Shown here: positions 1-10,119 of the stretch, piece after piece
Numbering within the stretch: the first letter of the stretch is position 1
Layout of the letters: every line of letters starts with the position of its first letter
Origin: a candidate division Zixibacteria bacterium SM23_73_2
GTDB lineage: Bacteria; Zixibacteria; MSB-5A5; SM23-73-2
DNA: 64,000 nucleotides
Reading direction: 5' to 3'
Assembly: GCA_001304315.1 (NCBI GenBank)
Contig: LJUW01000006.1
Span: forward strand, 2,135 to 66,134
The notes under the pieces: generated by a model
What the model was told of the DNA's origin: nothing
Seen by the model: only the letters and a program-made list of their open reading frames with translations
Database searches by the model: none
Position numbers and translations under genes: made by a program

Positions 1-690
1 CAATGGAAAATCATCGAGAGACTAGAGGAGGTCCTGAAGACCGGAAAAGGTATCGGGGTGCGAGAAAGCATTGGGGAGCCTGAAAACTGGGAAATTCATC
101 AGCAGGCGATGCTGGAGACTGCCCGGCCAGCTGCTCCGTTGGTAGCATCTCTTGTGCCGATCAAGGATGGTGCCAAAAAGATGCTGGACATCGGAGGATC
201 TCACGGTCTTTACGGAGCTATGATCTGCCGTAAACACCCACCCATGCGCTCGGAAGTTCTGGAGCTACCTGAAGCAGTTGAATACGCGCGTAAGTTAGCC
301 CAGGGGGAGGGAATAGATGACGTGGTGAGCCATCGGGCTTGCGATGTGATGAGGGATGATCTGGGTAAAGGTTACGATGCGGTTTTTTTAGGAAGCATCA
401 ATCATCACTTCACCCCTGATCAGAACATGGAGCTTCTTCAACGGATCAAAAAGGCTCTTACCAAAAATGGGACCGTGGCGATCTGGGAGTTTAAAAGACC
501 TGATCCTGACTCAGAACCGGATTTAGTGGGTGATGGGCTGGCACTTTTTTTCCGCATTACCTCTGCTGCTCAGTGTTACACTTCCGCCGATTACATCGGC
601 TGGATCAAGTCAGCTGGCTTTATCGAGGTTAAGGTTCATCCCACTCCCTTTTCGCCTTCGCAGATTTTGGTGAGCGGTCGGGTGCCGTGA
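1..690 (+). CDS. Class I SAM-dependent O-methyltransferase (5'-truncated by window edge)
   Basis: SAM motif MLDIGGSHG, CDVMRDD, and a VFLGSINHHF segment typical of Methyltransf_2. Frame 1 is open from base 1 (QWKIIERLEE...), so the true start lies upstream. Confidence 0.8.
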   Translation, partial: QWKIIERLEEVLKTGKGIGVRESIGEPENWEIHQQAMLETARPAAPLVASLVPIKDGAKKMLDIGGSHGLYGAMICRKHPPMRSEVLELPEAVEYARKLAQGEGIDDVVSHRACDVMRDDLGKGYDAVFLGSINHHFTPDQNMELLQRIKKALTKNGTVAIWEFKRPDPDSEPDLVGDGLALFFRITSAAQCYTSADYIGWIKSAGFIEVKVHPTPFSPSQILVSGRVP

Positions 691-719
691 AGTCTTAATT
701 AACGGATTTCATCCGTACC

Positions 720-743
720 AGCACGAATAGAATTCGTGCCTAC
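720..743 (-). repeat. GTAG-tagged REP-like hairpin
   Basis: gcacgaat-aga-attcgtgc followed by ctac (GTAG on the minus strand). Confidence 0.6.
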
Positions 744-860
744 AAATTCTGTGTTTCGAGTTCATAGGTTGGGTACCTTTGTCCAGCATCATTTTAAATG
801 TGCTTGCTATCTATAGAAAAAATCCATATTATTGCTTTTAAAAATTGCGATGGATAGAAT

Positions 861-2186
861 ATGAATATATTATTATTACTGTTTATTGTCACGGGTACTT
901 CTGTATGTCTCTTTTTGGCATTATTCTGCATTACATCTCTTATTGAGAGAAAACTTCGCGCTGCACTTTTGGGAGGGCTTTTCTTTTTGATCCTGGCTGG
1001 TTTTTGGTTTGGAGGATTTTTGATTTTTCTTCCAGGTGATTATGTTGTGGCAGGAGCGGTGATTTTGGTTTTGATTCCCGGGATTCTGTTTTTTATACCT
1101 GTTGGTAAAAAGAAAGTTCAAAAGATTAGCACGATTACTGAAAGGGTGGATGAGCGGGATACGATGTTCGCGAGAGAAAAATACAGAGCTGGTACTAAAG
1201 AATATGATGCCTACTACAAAATGAGACCGGATAAAAAGGAGACAGATTATAAAATCCGCCGTCTGCCTGAGCTGTTAAATCCAGGTGGAAAGTATTACGA
1301 GCCTCTCAGGTCAAAATATATCGAGTCGCTTTTTAAATTGGAGGAGAGCCTGGTGGGTTATGTTGACGGACCGGTTAATCCAGAAAAAAAGTTGGTTGAT
1401 CCTGAGCAGATGTCAGTCATTCTTAAAAAGGTAACCCTTCACCTCGGTGCGGATGAGGTCGGCATTGCCCGGCTTAATCCCTATTATGTTTATTCCCACG
1501 TGGGCAGAGGACCTGAGATGTGGGGAGCTGAGATCGAAAATAAACATCCATACGCGATTGTATTTACTGTTGAAATGGATTATGCTGGGGTGGAACAAGC
1601 ACCGAGAATTGGGATAACTGAACAGACCGCTATTCAGTATTTAAATGTTCAGAGAATATCAATTGTTCTGGCTGAGTACCTTCGCCAGCTTGGGTATGGT
1701 GCCCGAGCGCATATTTCAGGAAGCAATTATCAAATAATACTGCCACCAGTTGCTTATGATGCAGGTCTGGGTGAGTTAGGGCGGTTGGGTTATCTTATTT
1801 CACCGCGATTTGGCGCAAGAATTCGCTTGGGAACAGTTACCACAGAGATGCCCCTTGTGCCTGATAAGCCCATACAGTTCGGTGTTCAGGATTTCTGCGA
1901 GAAATGCAGTAAGTGTGCTATTAACTGCCCTCCAGGTGCAATCCCCAATGGAGGTAAGACAATGGTGCGTGGTGTGGAAAAATGGCAGCTGGATATCGAA
2001 AAATGTTATATCTATTGGCGTACCACAGGAACCGACTGCGGTCTCTGTATGAAGGTATGCCCCTTCAGTCATCCGGATACTCTTGTTCACAATATCCTCA
2101 GACAGGGGATCAAGCGTTCCTCTTTTGCTCGCTGGATTTCTGTTTTTGGGGATGATCTTTTTTATGGGAAAAAAGTCAAATTCTAA
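861..2186 (+). CDS. Reductive-dehalogenase-family (cobalamin, 2x4Fe-4S) protein with N-terminal transmembrane helices
   Basis: LGADEVGIA, AYDAGLGELGRLG and RIRLGTVTTEMPLVPDKP motifs; Fe-S motifs CEKCSKCAINCP and C-X10-CGLCMKVCP; about three hydrophobic helices in residues 1-80; no RRxFLK signal. Confidence 0.8.
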   Translation: MNILLLLFIVTGTSVCLFLALFCITSLIERKLRAALLGGLFFLILAGFWFGGFLIFLPGDYVVAGAVILVLIPGILFFIPVGKKKVQKISTITERVDERDTMFAREKYRAGTKEYDAYYKMRPDKKETDYKIRRLPELLNPGGKYYEPLRSKYIESLFKLEESLVGYVDGPVNPEKKLVDPEQMSVILKKVTLHLGADEVGIARLNPYYVYSHVGRGPEMWGAEIENKHPYAIVFTVEMDYAGVEQAPRIGITEQTAIQYLNVQRISIVLAEYLRQLGYGARAHISGSNYQIILPPVAYDAGLGELGRLGYLISPRFGARIRLGTVTTEMPLVPDKPIQFGVQDFCEKCSKCAINCPPGAIPNGGKTMVRGVEKWQLDIEKCYIYWRTTGTDCGLCMKVCPFSHPDTLVHNILRQGIKRSSFARWISVFGDDLFYGKKVKF

Positions 2187-2333
2187 AAGGTTTGGACCTA
2201 AAGAATCATTCAATAAGATGAAAACTTTTAGAATATTGAAAGATAACCTGCATTATATTAAGCAAGGTATGCTTGGAATTTTGTTTACGACGTTTTCAAA
2301 CTTGTAATGATAACATACAAATAAGCTAAAGAC

Positions 2334-3212
2334 ATGAAATTTGGTAGTCAATCTGAGGTCGGGAAAATTGAAAGTATCTTAATAAAGCATCCCAAGAATG
2401 CATTTATTTCCCAAGATAACATCGACTCCCAGTGGAGGGGTCTCAACTATTCGGGCAGCCCGGATTTTAAAAAAGCCGTCGAAGAATATGAGAATTTTGT
2501 TAACCTGCTTAAAAAAGAGGTATCGGAAATCCATTACCTTCCCAGAAGCGAGAAGACCGGGCTTGATTCGATTTATGTGCGAGATGCTCTGATCATAACC
2601 AGAAAGGGAGCAATCCTCTGCAATATGGGTAAACAGGAGCGTCAAAATGAACCAGAAGCTGCCAGTGAGTTTTTACCTGAATTGGGTATCCCGATTCTTG
2701 GTGCTATAACCGGAGAGGGGAGGTTAGAGGGGGGTGATGTGGTCTGGCTGGATCAGAGGACTTTAGCAGTAGGGCAGGGTTACCGAACCAATGGTATCGG
2801 AATCAGTCAATTGAGGGCGCTTTGTTCTGAATTCGTGGATGAATTCGTGGTGTTACGGCTGCCTCACTGGCGGGGACCTGAAGAAGTACTTCATCTAATG
2901 TCCCTTATCAGCCCTATTGAATATGACTTAGCAGTAGTCTACTCCAGACTGTTACCGGTTCCTTTCAGAGAATGGCTTATCGAAAAAGGAATGAAACTTC
3001 TGGAAGTGCCGGATTCAGAATTCGAAACCATGGGTTGCAATATTTTAGCTCTTGCTCCACGAAAATGCATTATGCTTTCTGGAAATCCCCGTACCAAACG
3101 GATGCTTGAGGATGAAGGGGTGGAGGTCTGGGAGTATGAAGGCGAAGAAATTTCAAGAAAAGGTGCTGGCGGTCCAACCTGCCTGACAAGGCCGCTTTTA
3201 CGAATGAGGTGA
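2334..3212 (+). CDS. Amidinotransferase / arginine deiminase / dimethylargininase family protein
   Basis: SIYVRD, LEGGDV, LHLMS and C-terminal GGPTCLTRPL (catalytic Cys) motifs of the pentein fold. Confidence 0.85.
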   Translation: MKFGSQSEVGKIESILIKHPKNAFISQDNIDSQWRGLNYSGSPDFKKAVEEYENFVNLLKKEVSEIHYLPRSEKTGLDSIYVRDALIITRKGAILCNMGKQERQNEPEAASEFLPELGIPILGAITGEGRLEGGDVVWLDQRTLAVGQGYRTNGIGISQLRALCSEFVDEFVVLRLPHWRGPEEVLHLMSLISPIEYDLAVVYSRLLPVPFREWLIEKGMKLLEVPDSEFETMGCNILALAPRKCIMLSGNPRTKRMLEDEGVEVWEYEGEEISRKGAGGPTCLTRPLLRMR

Positions 3213-3310
3213 TTTTAGTCTGCCATCAGATGATTTTTTAAAGCCAATCTTTTATCTTTAAATATTCTTTAACTATTTTGATGCATCGGTAAAAGGATTT
3301 GCCAATATAA

Positions 3311-3342
3311 AAAACTCCGGCAATTTTATTACCGGAGCTTTT
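3311..3342 (-). terminator. Intrinsic terminator between convergent genes
   Basis: ctccggcaat-ttt-attaccggag stem flanked by A and T runs. Pairing is better on the minus strand (G-U), downstream of tldE. Confidence 0.6.
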
Positions 3343-3395
3343 CAAAGCATTGACTATTCAGTTTATATCATTCAGTCAGCAATTCAAATGATAAG

Positions 3396-4721
3396 CTAAA
3401 TCCCGCTGAACTGCACATCCTTGAAATACATACAGGGCAGACGCAGGGATGAATAAAGGTAAGGGTCATTACCCACTTCAACCAGCTTATTCAGAAAGTC
3501 TGCCAGGTTACCGGAGATGTTCATCTCGCCGACCGGTTTTATGATCTCACCGTCCTCTATGTACAACCCACCGATTCCAAAAGAGAAATCACCGGTGGTG
3601 GAGTTGGAATTTCCCCCTATGAAGCTATTCACTAAAATACCCTTTTTAATCCCTTTGACCATCTCATCCAGAGATCTTTTGCCATAATCCAGTACCACAT
3701 TGGTTGCATCACCGGTAGTGGGCTCCATTTCCAGCTTTTTACCATAATAGGTGTCTATGTAATAGGATCTCAGAATACCCTTATCCATCATTACCCGGCG
3801 CTTGGCTGCCATGCCTTCACCGTCGTATAACCTTGAACCTATTCCCGATTTAACCAGAGGATCATCGATCACCGTGAGTTTATCCGAGCCTATCTTCTGT
3901 CCCAGTTTTCCCTCCAGAAAAGAGCTTTTCTGCTGAAGGGCGCTGGCTTTCATAGGTGTATACAGGGAATAAAAGATTCTCCAACCTGACCTGTTTTCGA
4001 TGATCATGTCATATAAACCTGACTCCAGCTTGGTCTGACCGATTCTCTGAAGGGCACGCTTCACTGCATTTTTAGCCAGGGTCTCCTCAGAGGGAAGGTC
4101 TTTGTAGAAACGCACGGTCCGCCAATCCCAGCCATCAGGACGCCCTCCGGTAATCTCGTCTTTGACGCTCACGTCAGCGCCAGCAGAGAAATAGGTACCC
4201 TGTCTATCGCCTTCGAATCCGTTGCTGTTTACCTTGGTCGCTTCAAAATAAGTGTCCCCGTAACCGGAGGTGCTGGATATGATCTTGTCGCTTTGGGCTG
4301 AAGCTATCTTTTCAAGCTCCTTTGCTATTTTCACTCTTTTTTCCGAGGTAACCTTTTCATAATAGGGGTCGTTGACCTGCAGGTCGATTTCTTTCTGACC
4401 CTGGTAATACTTGGGATCGGGAAGGGAGCGGTAAGGATCCTCAGTTAAGTATTTGGTCATTGCCACCGCTTCTCCGATGAACTTTTCCAACGACTCTTTT
4501 CTGATATCGTTGGTGGAATGGCTTGAATAGCGGCTGTTAGCATAAATATCGAGGCCCAGAGAGTTTTGGGTTGATTCTTTAAGCTGCTCCAGTTTACCCT
4601 CTCTGAATTCCACCTCGATCTCCCTTTTGTTAGAGATATCTACCCCCACCTCCCCGGCACCATATTTTTGAGCTTGGGAAACTGCCCAGCGGGCTAACTC
4701 TAATCTTTGTTTTCTATTCAT
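3396..4721 (-). CDS. pmbA: TldE/PmbA family protein (non-catalytic partner)
   Basis: SRLYDGEG, IGGNSNSTTGDFSFG and EMNISGNL motifs; no HExxxH; directly downstream of tldD. Confidence 0.9.
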   Translation of the reverse strand: MNRKQRLELARWAVSQAQKYGAGEVGVDISNKREIEVEFREGKLEQLKESTQNSLGLDIYANSRYSSHSTNDIRKESLEKFIGEAVAMTKYLTEDPYRSLPDPKYYQGQKEIDLQVNDPYYEKVTSEKRVKIAKELEKIASAQSDKIISSTSGYGDTYFEATKVNSNGFEGDRQGTYFSAGADVSVKDEITGGRPDGWDWRTVRFYKDLPSEETLAKNAVKRALQRIGQTKLESGLYDMIIENRSGWRIFYSLYTPMKASALQQKSSFLEGKLGQKIGSDKLTVIDDPLVKSGIGSRLYDGEGMAAKRRVMMDKGILRSYYIDTYYGKKLEMEPTTGDATNVVLDYGKRSLDEMVKGIKKGILVNSFIGGNSNSTTGDFSFGIGGLYIEDGEIIKPVGEMNISGNLADFLNKLVEVGNDPYLYSSLRLPCMYFKDVQFSGI

Positions 4722-4781
4722 GATTCAAATCCTGATTTTTAAGTTTACATATTTTTCATTCTGTTTTTCAAGTGTTCAAAT

Positions 4782-6326
4782 CTATGATGACACTCCTGAG
4801 ACAGTTATCGCTGAGACTTTGGTGGTAGGCAAACCATCTGATACCGGAACTCCCTGCCCGTATTTTCCGCAGGTGCCTCCGCCTTCTTCCAGGCCGAAAT
4901 CGTTGGCTACCATGACTATTTTTTTCAGCACCTCAGGACCGTTTCCGATTATGTTTATATCCTTAACCGGCTGGGTAAGTTTTCCGTTCTCGATCATGTA
5001 GCCGGACTTAACGTAGAAACTGAAATCTCCCACGCCGATATCCACCTGTCCGTTGGTGAAGGCTTCGGTATAAAGGCCCTTCTTAACGCTTTTGATTATC
5101 TCCTCCTTGGTGTGAGGACCGTTGATCATGTAGGTGTTTCTCATCCGGGGGATGGGATTGTAGCGGAAGGATTCTCTTCTGCCATTACCGGTGGGCTTGA
5201 CCTTGTAGTGCTTGGCACTGATGTAATCATGAAGGTAGCTTCTCAAAATCCCGTTCTCAACCAGAACCGTTTTCTCGGTATCGTTGCCTTCATCATCCAC
5301 GTTTATGGCCCCGCGGGCATTGGGGAATGTGCCGTCATCAACTATGGTGACGAACTCTTCCGCCACCTTCTGGTTCATCTTATCCGAGAAGATGGATAAT
5401 TCCTTGCGGTTGAAATCCGCCTCCATTCCATGACCGATGGCCTCGTGCAAAAGTATCCCCGAGCTTCCAGCTGCCAGGACAACCTCCATCTCACCTGCCT
5501 CAGGCTGTACCGCATCAAACAGGACCACGGTGCGGTGAACAGCCTCATCAGCCAATCGATCCACATTCTTGGGGGAAAAGTATTCTATGCCCTGGCGTCC
5601 GCCCAAAGAGAAATAATTCTCTTCCCGTTTCCCATTCTGCTCCGCATTACAGGATGTAACAAGATAGGTCATCGGCTGGTAATCGTAAACCAACCTTCCC
5701 TGGGAGTTTGCCACCAGGATATAGGTGCTCTGATCGGAAAACCAGATCTTGCATTTAATGATCCGGCTGTCGTTTTTGAAGACCTTATCGTTGATTTTTT
5801 CCAGGTAAGGGATTTTCTGGTCGATTCTGACATCCTCCCACATGGTCTGGATGGGGTAATAATTAGGCGTATTGTGGAGTTTCAGCTCCTCAGGTGGTGC
5901 GGTTTTGCTCTGGTTGGCGATATTGGCTGCTGTTTTGGCTGCAAGCTTCATCGCTTTGGGGGTGATCTCCTCGGTAAAGGAGTAGCCGGTCTGCTCCTCC
6001 TCGACAACCCTTATTCCCACCCCGAAGTCGACGTCGCTGTAAGCTCTGTTAACCGCCTTGTCCTCGAGTCCAATCCAGTTCGAGATCCGGTGCTGGAAGA
6101 AGACGTCGCAATAATCTCCGCCCTTCTCCAGTGCAGCAGCCATCACATCTCTTATAACCTTCTCATCCACCCCGAAATGCTTGTAATAATCGGAAAGCTG
6201 GGCGTCTTCCTGGGGAGGAGTAAGGAAAGCTGCAACGGGATTGGCTTTGAAGACAATGGGAATGGTAGCAAAGGCGACTCCTTTGGCGCTCAGCTTCAGG
6301 AATTCTCTTCTTTTGATTTTGTTCAT
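4782..6326 (-). CDS. tldD: TldD family metalloprotease with Tat signal peptide
   Basis: GILLHEAIGHGMEADFNRK, PIPRMRNTY and GTCGKYGQGVPVSDG motifs; N-terminus KRREFLK followed by a hydrophobic stretch ending PVAA. Confidence 0.92.
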   Translation of the reverse strand: MNKIKRREFLKLSAKGVAFATIPIVFKANPVAAFLTPPQEDAQLSDYYKHFGVDEKVIRDVMAAALEKGGDYCDVFFQHRISNWIGLEDKAVNRAYSDVDFGVGIRVVEEEQTGYSFTEEITPKAMKLAAKTAANIANQSKTAPPEELKLHNTPNYYPIQTMWEDVRIDQKIPYLEKINDKVFKNDSRIIKCKIWFSDQSTYILVANSQGRLVYDYQPMTYLVTSCNAEQNGKREENYFSLGGRQGIEYFSPKNVDRLADEAVHRTVVLFDAVQPEAGEMEVVLAAGSSGILLHEAIGHGMEADFNRKELSIFSDKMNQKVAEEFVTIVDDGTFPNARGAINVDDEGNDTEKTVLVENGILRSYLHDYISAKHYKVKPTGNGRRESFRYNPIPRMRNTYMINGPHTKEEIIKSVKKGLYTEAFTNGQVDIGVGDFSFYVKSGYMIENGKLTQPVKDINIIGNGPEVLKKIVMVANDFGLEEGGGTCGKYGQGVPVSDGLPTTKVSAITVSGVSS

Positions 6327-6707
6327 ATGTTTATCCTCCGTTAATTTATATTTAGGTTGATTTGAATTTGGTTTTTGTTTTTTGGTTATGGATTTCTGAA
6401 TTCATGAGATTGTTACAATATATATAAAATTTATATTTATTACTTAAAGATTTTACGAAAGTTTCAAAATTTATGGAGTTTAAAATGAAACACTTTTTGC
6501 ATTTCCAGCTAAGTCTATGTGAAAAATTTAAGAAATTGTCTATACTATAGAAGACTTAAAAAATTAGCACCTCGCATTTTCAGTATTAACTAAAATTTTT
6601 AAATAGATTTGTCAAGTCGTTTTTGAGAATAATAAAGGTTTTTTTGTTTGGATAATTCAAAAACAGATCTGGATTCTTTTTGGTCTTTTGACTTTTGGCT
6701 GATTTAA

Positions 6708-6753
6708 CTGAGATCATACCATATCGTATTAAATCTGATGTGATCTCAGCTAC
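6708..6753 (-). repeat. GTAG-tagged palindrome with long loop
   Basis: ctgagatca ... tgatctcag followed by ctac. Confidence 0.45.
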
Positions 6754-6774
6754 CCCCACTCTCCTAAAATGTGC

Positions 6775-6802
6775 TTGACAAGGTCAGATGAGCAATTATA
6801 AT
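6775..6802 (+). promoter_or_regulatory. Sigma-70-type promoter
   Basis: TTGACA-N16-TATAAT, about 155 bp upstream of the 6959 ORF. Confidence 0.7.
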
Positions 6803-6958
6803 TACCTAATGACTGAAAGGATTTACCCTGAAGTTAGGTTGCAGCCAATAAGTCCAGGGAGTTTCTTTGGTTGAGGTTAAGACAGATAGAGGCTCTTATT
6901 TAGAAATCATATAATCAATAATTGTCTTTCTAAACTTAATCAAGATCAGAGGGATATT

Positions 6959-9661
6959 ATGAAACAGCTAAAATTGTTAATTATATGTGGAATTGTTTTG
7001 ATTGTTGGTGCAGTAATAGTCATTTATCTTTTAAAATCAGTCCCTTCTACATCTAAAAGAACGCACATAATCCAGTCTGAGGCAAAAGAGGGAACAGAAG
7101 AAGATCCGCAAGCCCGTGCACGGTATAAATGGCTCCGCCTCCGGGATCCCAAAACTAACCAGATTCCCAGAAATATCGGTGCGGGGGAATTGGCTTTCGT
7201 CAAAAACCTCGCCGGTAAAACCAGGGGGCAAGATCTGGCTGTGACCACAGAATGGATTGCCAGAGGTCCCCAGAATATTGGCGGCAGGACAAAGGCGTTA
7301 GCCCTGGACGTAACGGATGAAAACACCATACTTGCCGGCTGTGTTTCAAGCGGCATGTGGAGATCGACCGATGGTGGCGCTTCGTGGACAAAAACCACGG
7401 CACCGGACCAGCTCCACAGCGTATCATGCATTGCGCAAAACAAGGCTACGGGCAAGGATAGTATCTGGTATTACGGAACTGGCGAATGGTCTTCCGGCAT
7501 GGGAGGCAGTGCTTCCGGTCCTTTGGGAACTGGTGCTGTCTATCGAGGGGACGGAATATTCAAATCAACTGACAATGGCATAAGCTGGTTTCTTCTGCCT
7601 TCGACGGTCTCAGGAACACCAACTATCACGGATTCCTTTGACTTTGTCTGGAGGATCGTAACTTTCGGTACAGACGGAGTCTACGCAGCCACATCAACCG
7701 GATTATTCAAAAGCACAGATGGTGGGGACTTATGGCAACATGTTCTGGATTTTGGGCCGGATTATCCAAACACCGACATAGCTCTCACCAGTCAGGATAC
7801 ATGCTATGCTTCAATTAGCGGAGCAGGACCAGCTAACGGCATATACAAATCAGCTGATGGGGAGACCTGGGATAATATCACTCCCCTGGATTGGCCTGAT
7901 ACAACCAAGCGTACGGTTATCGCCATTGCACCCTCCAACGAGAACGTCATCTATTTTCTTGTTGAAGTTGCCTATTTAAGACAACAATTAAGAAGATACG
8001 AGGTAGGGGTTGGCTGGACCGACCTCTCGGCCAATATGCCCTGGGGGGGTGAGATGATCACCTACGGCGGGAACATGCTCATTTTCTTTGTAAAGCCTGA
8101 TGACGATAGCACGCTTTTTCTCGGAACCGTTGGTCTTTATCGAAGCACCGATGGAGGGCAGTCCTTTGAGGTGATTGGAGCATACAGCGATTTTCACGTT
8201 GACCAGCACTCCATTGTATTCTTCCCATCGAACCCCAATACCATGATCGTAGGGAATGACGGTGGACTGTTCAGGACCAGCAACAACATGGCAGAGCCGG
8301 AGTACGATCCATCATCCGGAGAATATCATATCGCCTGGGAATCGTTGAACAATGGTTACATAACAACACAATTCTATGCCATAGCCACAGATCATGGAAC
8401 CCCGGGAAGCGAGACCATCCTGGGTGGAACCCAGGACAACTCCTGGCTTTTTACAACCACGTCCGATCCTCTTGTTCCCTGGACCTCGATATGGAAGGGA
8501 TCGACAGATGGCGGATTCTCAGCGGTCAGCGACGGAGGAGAATACTACTATACCAGCCAGGCTGCGACGTTTCACATATGGCGGCATTCATATCCAGGTG
8601 GAGTGCATCACTTTACCGAGGTTACCCCCAGTGATACGGCAGGCGGCAGTTTATGGCTTCCTCCCTTCATCCTCGATCCCCACGATACCCGGATCATGTA
8701 TCTGCCGTGGCGAACCCTGATGTGGCGCAACTCCGATCTAACCGAAATCCCCGAGGTGTTTCCCCCGGAACCGACGGATGTAAACTGGACTCAACTGGAC
8801 AGCGTAAAAGACTATTATATTTCAGCATTGGGTATGTCCGAAGCGGAGCCCAGAAGATTGTATTATGCTTCCAAGGATGGCGACGTTTTCAAGATGGATA
8901 ATCCTCATCAGGGGCAGCCGGTTCCGGTCAAGCTCTCCACCGACGGTCTCCCCCCGTATGCCTACGTTCATTGCATTGCCGTGGATCCAACGGATATTGA
9001 TAAAGTGATAGTTTCATTCCCCAATTATGGCGTTGTTAGCATATGTTATTCCGAAGATGGTGGAAACAGCTGGACTTCGGTCAGCGGCAATCTGGAGGAA
9101 AATCCCGATGGCAGTGGCAGTGGTCCCTCGGTGCGATGGGTCTCGATCCTCTATGTTGAAGAAAAACCTATCTATTTCGCGGGGACCAGCGTGGGGCTTT
9201 TCTCCACTACCAGATTGGATGGAATGAATACCGTATGGGTCCAGGAGGGTGCTTCGGTGATTGGCAATGTTGTTATCGATATGATCGATGTGCGTCAATC
9301 AGATGGTTTTGTCGTGGTGGGCACGCACGGGAATGGCGTTTACAGTACCTACGTAACCGAAGTAGGTATCGACGAGGAGGAAATAACCAGCCACCCAAAA
9401 ACCTTTGAGCTCTTTCATCCTTATCCCAATCCGTTCAATATGGCAACTAATATCCGCTTCACTTTGAAAAATAGCGGTTTTGTGAAATTGAAAGTGTACA
9501 ATTTGCTCGGACAAGAAGTATCCACGCTGATTGATGGACCTCTTCGGGCAGGAGAACATCGGATTCAATGGAAAGCCGAAAGGGTGGCTAGCGGAGTTTA
9601 CTTTATTCGGCTGCGTTTTGAGGATCTCTCTGAAACGAAAAAGGTGCTTTTGCTGAAGTAA
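6959..9661 (+). CDS. Secreted BNR/Asp-box beta-propeller protein (VPS10/GH74-like) with T9SS-type C-terminal domain
   Basis: At least six Asp-boxes (e.g. WRSTDGGASW, FKSTDNGISW, YSEDGGNSW); C-terminal YPNPFN...LKVYNLLGQEV...SGVYFIRL...KKVLLLK; N-terminal hydrophobic helix. Confidence 0.85.
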   Translation: MKQLKLLIICGIVLIVGAVIVIYLLKSVPSTSKRTHIIQSEAKEGTEEDPQARARYKWLRLRDPKTNQIPRNIGAGELAFVKNLAGKTRGQDLAVTTEWIARGPQNIGGRTKALALDVTDENTILAGCVSSGMWRSTDGGASWTKTTAPDQLHSVSCIAQNKATGKDSIWYYGTGEWSSGMGGSASGPLGTGAVYRGDGIFKSTDNGISWFLLPSTVSGTPTITDSFDFVWRIVTFGTDGVYAATSTGLFKSTDGGDLWQHVLDFGPDYPNTDIALTSQDTCYASISGAGPANGIYKSADGETWDNITPLDWPDTTKRTVIAIAPSNENVIYFLVEVAYLRQQLRRYEVGVGWTDLSANMPWGGEMITYGGNMLIFFVKPDDDSTLFLGTVGLYRSTDGGQSFEVIGAYSDFHVDQHSIVFFPSNPNTMIVGNDGGLFRTSNNMAEPEYDPSSGEYHIAWESLNNGYITTQFYAIATDHGTPGSETILGGTQDNSWLFTTTSDPLVPWTSIWKGSTDGGFSAVSDGGEYYYTSQAATFHIWRHSYPGGVHHFTEVTPSDTAGGSLWLPPFILDPHDTRIMYLPWRTLMWRNSDLTEIPEVFPPEPTDVNWTQLDSVKDYYISALGMSEAEPRRLYYASKDGDVFKMDNPHQGQPVPVKLSTDGLPPYAYVHCIAVDPTDIDKVIVSFPNYGVVSICYSEDGGNSWTSVSGNLEENPDGSGSGPSVRWVSILYVEEKPIYFAGTSVGLFSTTRLDGMNTVWVQEGASVIGNVVIDMIDVRQSDGFVVVGTHGNGVYSTYVTEVGIDEEEITSHPKTFELFHPYPNPFNMATNIRFTLKNSGFVKLKVYNLLGQEVSTLIDGPLRAGEHRIQWKAERVASGVYFIRLRFEDLSETKKVLLLK

Positions 9662-9869
9662 AAAGACCTGACATCTTTATCATTGTAAAACTTTTATATT
9701 TATAGCGGTTTATCAATTCTTAGAGAGTAAAATAGTTTGAGATAACCATCTCTGATCTCCTCTCCTTTGCTGTGCTAAAATTGTACTAAGTTGAGTTGGT
9801 TTTTTATGGGTTATGACGGGTTGTGTGTGAATGTCATGCAAGTAGTTATCTTTCTGGGTAAAGCGTAAC

Positions 9870-9890
9870 CCCACCTTGCCTCAAGGTGGG
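9870..9890. repeat. Dispersed palindrome cccaccttg-cct-caaggtggg (copy 1 of 3)
   Basis: Related copies at 36329-36358 and 56364-56396. Confidence 0.7.
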
Positions 9891-10094
9891 TACTGCTTTC
9901 CTCAATAGCTTAGGGAATTCCTATGCGGAGCTCAAGAAGTTCTTTGAACATCCTTCGGATTCACGAAACATCAAGAGATTATACATTATCTTTCTTAAGT
10001 ATAGACTATACCTTAACAAATATATGAATTATATAATGAATGTAGTTTCATATAAGTTTTTTAAATCATTTTTAAATTTTAATTAATATTGATC

Positions 10095-10119
10095 GGGAGC
10101 CCACAAGGGGCTCCCCTAC
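10095..10119 (-). repeat. GTAG-tagged REP-like hairpin
   Basis: gggagccc-acaag-gggctccc then ctac. A half copy of the ttgcgag...gaagcaatc repeat follows at about 10133-10156. Confidence 0.6.

Noticed and set aside
5430-6344. 304-aa ORF on the + strand
   Set aside because: It lies entirely antisense to tldD, with no RBS or recognisable motif; a shadow ORF.
6564-6595. ttagcacctc looks like a CIRCE half-site
   Set aside because: No matching right arm at 9-bp spacing, and not upstream of a chaperone gene.
9886-10086. 66-aa ORF in the intergenic region
   Set aside because: It starts inside a palindromic repeat, has no RBS and runs into low-complexity AT-rich DNA.
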